This document shows positions 6,291-13,123 of a stretch of DNA of 13,123 nucleotides, in pieces. The translations under genes were made by a program, and so were the position numbers. Source of the stretch: Methanocaldococcus sp. 16A (GTDB lineage Archaea > AGJL01 > Methanococci > Methanococcales > Methanocaldococcaceae); NCBI GenBank assembly GCA_049860595.1, contig CP187553.1; one strand, 5' to 3'. The stretch's first letter is position 1; each line of letters opens with the position of its first letter. The notes under the pieces are model-generated. The model ran no database searches. It was not told the DNA's origin and saw only the letters and a program-made list of their open reading frames with translations.

Positions 6291-6752
6291 ATGTCAATAG
6301 CAACAGTTGTATCAAGAGATGCATCTATGAAAGGTTTGGAAAAATTAGTTAAAGCGGTTCAAGGAGATGATACTACATTTATTGAATTGATTACCGATAC
6401 AAGACAGTTTATAGGGGGTTATTCATTCGGGCTAATGAGCTTAATGATAATATCAAATGCAAGATGGTTAATTAATATATTACCAGCCAGATTACCCGCC
6501 ACTGTAGAAATTGCAGTTTCAGCAATTGTTATTTTAGTTGCTTTAATTATAGGAATTTTAATAATGACACAAATAAAAGGAACTGTGTTAGATGTGGCTA
6601 CTGCTGCAAATGATACCGATGCTGTTGATTTAGTAAATACCATATTCCAAACAGGAAAATCAGGTTTAATCATATTGGCGTTATCTACTTTGGTACTGGG
6701 TGCGGCGACGATTATCGCCTTCTTAAGAGGGGTTGGACATGCCACAAAATGA
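6291..6752 (+). CDS. Putative spindle-shaped-virus major capsid protein precursor (SSV1 VP1/His1/PAV1-type architecture), 153 aa
   Basis: The C-terminal ~80 aa form a hydrophobic helix (aa ~71-92, ...ALIIGILIMTQI), a polar loop with an N-glycosylation sequon N107-D-T, a second hydrophobic helix (aa ~125-145) and a short basic tail. A ~70-aa N-terminal extension resembles the cleaved VP1 propeptide. The gene itself is well supported; the product call is pattern-based. Confidence 0.65.
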   Translation: MSIATVVSRDASMKGLEKLVKAVQGDDTTFIELITDTRQFIGGYSFGLMSLMIISNARWLINILPARLPATVEIAVSAIVILVALIIGILIMTQIKGTVLDVATAANDTDAVDLVNTIFQTGKSGLIILALSTLVLGAATIIAFLRGVGHATK

Positions 6753-7047
6753 TGAAAAGAATGAGGTTAAAATTTTTAAGTGTTTAATTAAAGATGGACA
6801 GCTTTATTACTCCATTGAGTTTCTTAGCTATGTGTTAGGCGTTTCTGGGCAAACTTTAAGGAACAAGATTAAAAATCAAAAAGGTTTTTTACATAAATAT
6901 GTGTTAAAAATCAAAAAAGGTAGCGGGAAATTTGAGTATTATGTTCCCGATGAGATAATCAATATATTACAAAATAAATGTCTTGTTATCGATGGTGAGG
7001 TTTTATATTATGATAAAAGCACTTCAGAATTAATAAAATTACTTTAA
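6739..7047 (+). CDS. HTH DNA-binding protein (copy 2)
   Basis: Identical to 177-485. Confidence 0.75.
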   Translation: MPQNDEKNEVKIFKCLIKDGQLYYSIEFLSYVLGVSGQTLRNKIKNQKGFLHKYVLKIKKGSGKFEYYVPDEIINILQNKCLVIDGEVLYYDKSTSELIKLL

Positions 7048-7374
7048 AATTTCGGTGTAAAAATAACCGTAAAAAATTTGTTGAGTTTTAGGGTTGTATG
7101 AATGTATGCCCGACATTTTGTTCAAAATGTCAGGTTAAAATTTTCGGTATAAAAAAATAAGCATAAATTATTTATAATGTAATTGATAAAAAAATAGTGT
7201 TAAACCAAAATAAACCCGACCCGACCCACAAACTAAGCTTAACTGTACTGTTAATTGTAGAAAAATAGATTTACTAATTTACTTTTAATTTTTGGGAAAG
7301 GTAGAGGGGGCCTCTAAGTGGTTACCCCTCTACCCCCAACCCCCAAGAACTAAAAAGTATTGAGGTGATAACCT

Positions 7375-10300
7375 ATGAGTAATTATATAGCCACTACTAT
7401 AAATGATTTACTCAACTATCCAGAGGATGTATTGAGGGCAGTTATAAAATTATTGAATGTTAGATATAATCCTAACACTCTCAAAGAATATGAGATTTTT
7501 AAATCTGAACATATTGATTTGGACTTTATGAATATTTGGCTATTTTCAATAAAATACCTATCCGACGATGAGAGGGCTATTTTAGAAAAACATGGTTTAT
7601 GGGATATATCCTCAGGTATGCCTTCCGATGAATTCTATAAATTGGAATATTTAATTATGAACTCATTAGGTTGGAATGAGTGGAGACCTATAGACCCTGC
7701 AGTTGCAACCAAAAAATTAAAAGAAAAAAGTTGCGGTTGCAACTTTGGTAATGGAGGCCAACTAAATGGTTGCATGGAAAGTTGCAATGCAACCTCAAGT
7801 AACTATGTGAAAGAAGGTGCAACTTCAGATAATTTTGATGAAGATAATGCAACCTTAAGCAACTTTTATAATATTGAGAAGTTGCACAGCAACTTTTTAA
7901 AAGTAATTGAGTATGATGAGTTTTGGGAGAAACTCGCAGAAAGAATTGAAGCACTTAAAAAATCAACACCATATAAAAAGAACACAATAGGAAAATACAT
8001 AACTCAATTGAAATTCTTAAAAGAGCCACAATCTAAATCCCAATATATCGATGTAGTGTGTAGAGAATATCAAATATCACACACAACCGTAGAGACACAC
8101 ATAAAGATATTAAAACATCCAGACATTGGATGGGTAGAGGTTTATAAAGGAGAGTATGACAAGCCATGCCTAAAATTAACTTACAAATTTTACGAAGACA
8201 TAAGAGACCTTATAGACCAATATTTACCTAAAAAGGAAATATCAGATAGTGAAGATAAAGATAAAACCATAGAGGAGTTAAGAAAACAACTAAAGAAACT
8301 TATAGAGAAACACATAACACCAGAGGGATTTGAATTTGACATTAACGAAGTTGATGAGTTGGAAGGCATAGAGAGAGTTGCAGGAGCATACTTTAGAGAT
8401 AAACTATTAAATGAACCATACACAGCCATAGAATGGATTTATAAAGTTTATTATGAAAAATACTTTACATATAAGCCGATAAACATAAACATAGTAGGTT
8501 TAGAAACACTTGCAGGAAGTAGGATAATAACGAAGGTAGAGGATTGGGGAGCATTTAAGGATAAATTAGTAGTGTTAAGAGGAGATATAGCAGGGATTAT
8601 AAAGCATAAAGTAAGGAGGGACATTTTACTAACTTACAAATGTGAGGATTACGATAAAAATGGAGAAAAGAGGGGCTGTGGCTATGAATTGAAGAGATTA
8701 TATAGACCGTTAGAGGGGACAGCAGACCATAAGGTAAAGTGTCCAAATTGTGGAAGGGAGATAAAAGCCGTTGAACCAATATTAAAGGATGTAGAAGGGG
8801 ATGAGGTAAAATTAGAGAAAGATTTAACAGTTATATTATTGCAGTTAAGAGGGAGTGAAGAGCTGTATAAGGTATATCTTCCATACACACCAGAGATAAA
8901 CAACCTAAGGGATGTAGAGATAGTAGGGATTTTAAAAACGAACTATAAAGGGGAGTATTACATTGAAGGGCTGAGCATAAATCCACAAAAGACAATAAAC
9001 TTTAATTATGATGCATTTGTTAGAAAGGTAAAAAAGGAAGGATATGATAATGCCTTAGATTACATAAAAGATAAGGTATTTTATGAGATTAAGAGAATAT
9101 ATGACAAAAATGGAGAAAATCCAACAATAGACACATTAATAGAGATAGAGATATTAGCATCTTCACATATTTGGTGGGATAGCAATAGGAAGGGATACTT
9201 AAAGCCAGAAACAATTGATGCCTTATTTATTGGAAGTTACGGGCAAGGGAAGAGTTTAACCATAGAACCATTAGCAAAATTACACAACACAACAGAGGAT
9301 ACGATAAGAATAGATATGCCTAATATTGAGAACTTAATAGGGCTGATAACATCAAGAGACAACATAAAGTATTTTAAGAAGGGATTAATTCCGATGAACC
9401 ACAACAGACCGATAATATTTGAGGAGTTTATTGATTTTATCTTAAGATTGGGGAATGACATAGACCTACTAAAGGCAGGAAAGACTGCAGGAATATGGAA
9501 GAGAGAAAGAGAAGGATATAACATACCAATGATAGGAGTAAGTCCATGGATAGGGATTGGAAACATAAAAGATATTGAGTTAATGGAGTTGTGGGAAATA
9601 TACCACTTAAAAGGAGTTAATGAGTTTAGAGAGGCATTAATTAATTATTATACTAAAAAATTATTAGAACAATACGAATACAATAGAGAAGAAGCAAGGG
9701 AGAGAGCTAAAAAGAGAGTAGATAACATATTAGGAATACATCCAGAATTTGGAGGGTTGGATTGGCTATTAACGAATATATTGGAATTTACATTGAGGAA
9801 TATGAGAGGGATGACAGATAGAATACCATTAATTTACCTATTAAAGCCATACACTAATGAGGATTGGAAAGAGATAAAACTACATACTTATTCAGTAAAA
9901 AAATCGAGAAAAGACAACAATTTTATAAAATATAAGGAGTTAGAGGCTTACGAATGCTCATTATTCATAAACTACATTAAAAACAAGGATATAGAATTCA
10001 ATAAAGAGGCATTAGTAACACTTTGGGACATAGAGGAGAAGTTAAGGGAATTATTGAGAGATAACGACTTATTTAAAGGATATTCCGATAGATTACTTAA
10101 TCAAATAGAGTATATGGCAAAAGCTTATGCAAAACTAAGATTTAAGGAAGAGGTAGAGTTAGAGGATGTAAGGGATGCTTTAAAGACATGGTTTAAGAGT
10201 ATATTAGGAGTATTGTTGAGGATTAAAGCTCCAGAGAAGGTTAAAGAACTATTTAAATTAGTTGAGGATGAGAAAAAAGAGAACTTAGATGAAGAGCAAG

Positions 10301-10524
10301 AATTAGAGGAGATAGATAAACTTATTGAAGAGAATAAAAAGATAATGGAATTGAAAGGGAAGATATTAGATTATATGCTACAAAATCCAGAAAAGGTTTA
10401 TACAACGATAGAAATTTCGGAAGTATTTGAACTATCGGAAGATACGGCGGATAAGATATTGAAAGAATTATGGAAAGTTGGGGATGTTATGAAAATTGGG
10501 GACGGACAATGGAAGCCCGTATAA
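7375..10524 (+). CDS. mcm: Divergent MCM-family helicase (copy 2)
   Basis: Identical translation to 813-3962. Confidence 0.85.
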   Translation: MSNYIATTINDLLNYPEDVLRAVIKLLNVRYNPNTLKEYEIFKSEHIDLDFMNIWLFSIKYLSDDERAILEKHGLWDISSGMPSDEFYKLEYLIMNSLGWNEWRPIDPAVATKKLKEKSCGCNFGNGGQLNGCMESCNATSSNYVKEGATSDNFDEDNATLSNFYNIEKLHSNFLKVIEYDEFWEKLAERIEALKKSTPYKKNTIGKYITQLKFLKEPQSKSQYIDVVCREYQISHTTVETHIKILKHPDIGWVEVYKGEYDKPCLKLTYKFYEDIRDLIDQYLPKKEISDSEDKDKTIEELRKQLKKLIEKHITPEGFEFDINEVDELEGIERVAGAYFRDKLLNEPYTAIEWIYKVYYEKYFTYKPININIVGLETLAGSRIITKVEDWGAFKDKLVVLRGDIAGIIKHKVRRDILLTYKCEDYDKNGEKRGCGYELKRLYRPLEGTADHKVKCPNCGREIKAVEPILKDVEGDEVKLEKDLTVILLQLRGSEELYKVYLPYTPEINNLRDVEIVGILKTNYKGEYYIEGLSINPQKTINFNYDAFVRKVKKEGYDNALDYIKDKVFYEIKRIYDKNGENPTIDTLIEIEILASSHIWWDSNRKGYLKPETIDALFIGSYGQGKSLTIEPLAKLHNTTEDTIRIDMPNIENLIGLITSRDNIKYFKKGLIPMNHNRPIIFEEFIDFILRLGNDIDLLKAGKTAGIWKREREGYNIPMIGVSPWIGIGNIKDIELMELWEIYHLKGVNEFREALINYYTKKLLEQYEYNREEARERAKKRVDNILGIHPEFGGLDWLLTNILEFTLRNMRGMTDRIPLIYLLKPYTNEDWKEIKLHTYSVKKSRKDNNFIKYKELEAYECSLFINYIKNKDIEFNKEALVTLWDIEEKLRELLRDNDLFKGYSDRLLNQIEYMAKAYAKLRFKEEVELEDVRDALKTWFKSILGVLLRIKAPEKVKELFKLVEDEKKENLDEEQELEEIDKLIEENKKIMELKGKILDYMLQNPEKVYTTIEISEVFELSEDTADKILKELWKVGDVMKIGDGQWKPV

Positions 10525-10536
10525 TGAGGGGGTAGT

Positions 10537-11817
10537 ATGGATAGTAGGGTAGCATACTATAAACTAACATCCAGATACTTATATTATTTTTGCTTAGATA
10601 GGATGCTAAGTTGCCATAGGTTGGATTTAGATAGAGATAGGAAAATCAATTGGAGACATCCGAAGTATTGGAACTATAACAATATTCCGAAAGGTAATAA
10701 GCCATACCTTAGACATATAGATTTATGGGACAAGAGAGGATATTGGGATAGATGGGTATTGGAGAACCTTAGGAGTATTTACTGCTCTCCATACTACTTT
10801 AAGACACCAAGATATGAGTTGGAGTATCCAGAGGTAGATTATACCTATTGGGATTGGGTATTGGATATTGACATTAAGGGAGATATTGAGAAGTCGAAGG
10901 AAATATGCAGGGCAGTATATGACATCCTCAAAGATTATGGAGTTAAAGATATTCCTATAAAGTTTAGCGGAGGTAAAGGGTTTCATATTTGGATTAATGC
11001 AAAGCACTTAACGAATGAGATATTAGAGAAGGGCTTTATAGAGGGCAGTAAAATTTTAACACAATTCTTAGAGTTTAAGTTAAGGAATTACTTAGATTTT
11101 TTAGATAAAGACAAAACTACGGGGATAGATTACACTATTTACAAAGAGAACATTTGCATAACTGCACCGTTTAGCCTATACTACAAAGATGTAGAGGGCA
11201 AGACACCAATAAGCATACCATTCCCAATAAACAAAATAGAGAAGTTTAAGCCAATAACACTACAAAGGATTAGGAAGGAACTTTTAAAGAAATTACTAAA
11301 ATATTATGAAAACTTTGGAGAGATAAGAGGAGATTTAACGGATTTTATAGAGGATGCATTAAATTATTATAAAGCAACTAAAAAAGACAACTCCAATACT
11401 CTAATAACAATTGATATAGAGCAACGAAAACCTATGAAAAAACCTAAGAAGGAAGATAATAGAGGGAACGAATACATTAAGGCAACAATAGGGGATAAGG
11501 AAGTAGTCCTAAATAAGAGCAAGTTAGAGGACTACCTTAGGGAGTTGATAAATTCAGATTGGACTGATGGAAAAATGAGGGCATGTTATTATTTAACTTC
11601 ACTGTGTAAGTTACTGGGTTATGATAGAGATAAGGCAAAAAAGGTATTGGATGCATGGGCTTCCAAGTATGGCAGTAAATACATGAAACACATAGAGTAT
11701 GAGTTAAAATATCTCTATGATAGGAATGGGAAGGTATGTAGCATAAAATGGATAAAAAACAACATTCCAGAGGCTAAAAATCAACTCCTCATTTATGAAA
11801 GGTATTATAAAGAATGA
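10537..11817 (+). CDS. AEP primase/primase-polymerase (copy 2)
   Basis: Identical translation to 3975-5255. Confidence 0.88.
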   Translation: MDSRVAYYKLTSRYLYYFCLDRMLSCHRLDLDRDRKINWRHPKYWNYNNIPKGNKPYLRHIDLWDKRGYWDRWVLENLRSIYCSPYYFKTPRYELEYPEVDYTYWDWVLDIDIKGDIEKSKEICRAVYDILKDYGVKDIPIKFSGGKGFHIWINAKHLTNEILEKGFIEGSKILTQFLEFKLRNYLDFLDKDKTTGIDYTIYKENICITAPFSLYYKDVEGKTPISIPFPINKIEKFKPITLQRIRKELLKKLLKYYENFGEIRGDLTDFIEDALNYYKATKKDNSNTLITIDIEQRKPMKKPKKEDNRGNEYIKATIGDKEVVLNKSKLEDYLRELINSDWTDGKMRACYYLTSLCKLLGYDRDKAKKVLDAWASKYGSKYMKHIEYELKYLYDRNGKVCSIKWIKNNIPEAKNQLLIYERYYKE

Positions 11818-11858
11818 AAGATAAAGATAATATATACTGAAAATAAGAGGTTGTGATT

Positions 11859-11975
11859 ATGGAATTAGATACATTTACCATAGTGTATATTGCGGTAGTA
11901 ATTACACTTATGTTATTTACAACAGCATTTGGAATATGGTTTTGGAAGCATAAGAAAAAGTTACTCCATTCATAG
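11859..11975 (+). CDS. 38-aa single-pass membrane peptide (copy 2)
   Basis: Identical to 5297-5413. Confidence 0.7.
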   Translation: MELDTFTIVYIAVVITLMLFTTAFGIWFWKHKKKLLHS

Positions 11976-12209
11976 AGTTTTGTAAATGTGGTATAATGCA
12001 CCACCAAATATTAATGTAGTGTATGCCATATATCCAATGTCTAATAGCACTAATCCTAAACCATTTATAGGATTACCTTCGGAGAAAGCTACTTTAACAA
12101 CAATAGCAACTAATAAGGTCAATCCTGCTCCAATAAATAATTTATACAAATCAAAAATTGTATTGTAAAGTAACTTCCTTTTTTCAAATTCTTTCTCATT
12201 GTTACTCAT
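11970..12209 (-). CDS. 79-aa two-TM membrane protein (copy 2)
   Basis: Identical to 5408-5647. Confidence 0.75.
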   Translation of the reverse strand: MSNNEKEFEKRKLLYNTIFDLYKLFIGAGLTLLVAIVVKVAFSEGNPINGLGLVLLDIGYMAYTTLIFGGALYHIYKTL

Positions 12210-12851
12210 GTATAGACACCACGATTAATCCTTAATAATACATTTGGGGCTTTATTTTTCTATTTTTCAAGAGTGTATATATTAATTTCTTACAAAATTA
12301 CAAAATTGTAAAAATGTGTAATTACAAAACTTATAACAATTACAAAATTGTAAGTTACCCCTATATTTATTTTTTCGACAAATTATGGCATGAGCAGAGT
12401 TAAGATTTAAAATTATCTTTTAAAATGAGAATAACAAAATAACAAAGTGCCGATTGTCAGCTCGCGCTGTTAATCGGCACTTTGTAAAGTAATCAAACAA
12501 CCAAAAGATTACCTTAGGTTAAAAATTTTCGGACACCGACATTTTGGATAAAATGTTAAGGGGTGTTGAATTTTTTTGAAGTTTTGGAGAGGGTACTGCT
12601 CTATGGAGGTGTGTATTCACAGATTAAATAAATATATTCAAATATACAAACATTAGATTTTGAATATAAGCAAAACTGGGGAAGGCACTTTATTATAATA
12701 TAATTAAGGGTAACGGTAGATTACTATAAAAATTAATGGGTGTGAAAATTGCCGAATTCGTGGAAATTCGGCAATTTTAGGCGTTATCTTTAAATATGAG
12801 AAGAGATAACGCTATTTAGTGTAAATCAATTGGTTTGTAAGGTGGGGAAAG

Positions 12852-13123
12852 ATGTCAATAGCAACAGTTGTATCAAGAGATGCATCTATGAAAGGTTTGG
12901 AAAAATTAGTTAAAGCGGTTCAAGGAGATGATACTACATTTATTGAATTGATTACCGATACAAGACAGTTTATAGGGGGTTATTCATTCGGGCTAATGAG
13001 CTTAATGATAATATCAAATGCAAGATGGTTAATTAATATATTACCAGCCAGATTACCCGCCACTGTAGAAATTGCAGTTTCAGCAATTGTTATTTTAGTT
13101 GCTTTAATTATAGGAATTTTAAT
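12852..13123 (+). CDS. 5' part of the putative capsid protein gene (copy 2; completed by 1-190 on the circle)
   Basis: ATG at 12852 matches 6291 at offset 6561. The frame runs off the window end and continues at base 1. Confidence 0.8.
   Translation, partial: MSIATVVSRDASMKGLEKLVKAVQGDDTTFIELITDTRQFIGGYSFGLMSLMIISNARWLINILPARLPATVEIAVSAIVILVALIIGIL

Larger units (their letters stand above)
1..6562. mobile_element. Unit copy 1 of a ~6.56-kb circular archaeal plasmid/virus-satellite-like replicon (MCM + AEP primase + putative spindle-virus capsid protein)
   Basis: ORFs recur at +6562. The window end (...GGAATTTTAAT) joins base 1 (AATGACAC...) exactly as at the 6562/6563 junction. Gene content is a replication module plus a few small genes, with no housekeeping genes. 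Confidence 0.9.
6563..13123. repeat. Unit copy 2 (direct tandem duplicate of 1-6562, 1 bp shorter)
   Basis: Identical translated ORFs at offset 6562. The offset becomes 6561 after the G-run at 12560-12563 (G4 versus G5 at 5998-6002). Confidence 0.97.

Noticed and set aside
1-6562. Integrase, att site or tRNA fragment indicating an integrated provirus
   Set aside because: No tyrosine or serine recombinase ORF, no recognisable tRNA-like sequence and no flanking host DNA; the sequence closes on itself.
6419-6745. 108-aa minus-strand ORF
   Set aside because: Antisense to the putative capsid gene, which has the promoter, RBS and operon context.

Overview
The window is a head-to-tail dimer of a 6,562-bp unit (1-6562 and 6563-13123). 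The last bases read directly into base 1, so this is most likely a small circular replicon that was assembled twice or is a true dimer. The only difference I found between copies is a G5 versus G4 run (5998-6002 vs 12560-12563). AT-rich, purine-skewed coding strands, GAGGTGAT-type RBS and TATA-like boxes suggest a Methanococcales-like (possibly Thermococcales-like) archaeal host (inference). Each unit encodes: a 1049-aa divergent MCM-family helicase with a long N-terminal extension; a 426-aa AEP primase(-polymerase); a ~102-aa HTH protein; a 153-aa two-helix hydrophobic protein with the architecture of a spindle-shaped (fusellovirus/His1/PAV1-type) virus major capsid protein precursor; and a convergent pair of small membrane proteins (38 aa, missed by the ORF track, and 79 aa). 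I see no integrase, packaging ATPase or tail/adsorption gene. My best hypothesis is a minimal capsid-encoding satellite or plasmid-virus hybrid of an archaeal spindle-shaped virus. It carries a dense GTTGCAAC repeat cluster inside the helicase gene (candidate origin) and several palindromes in the non-coding regions. Family assignments come from motif recognition by eye, not database searches.
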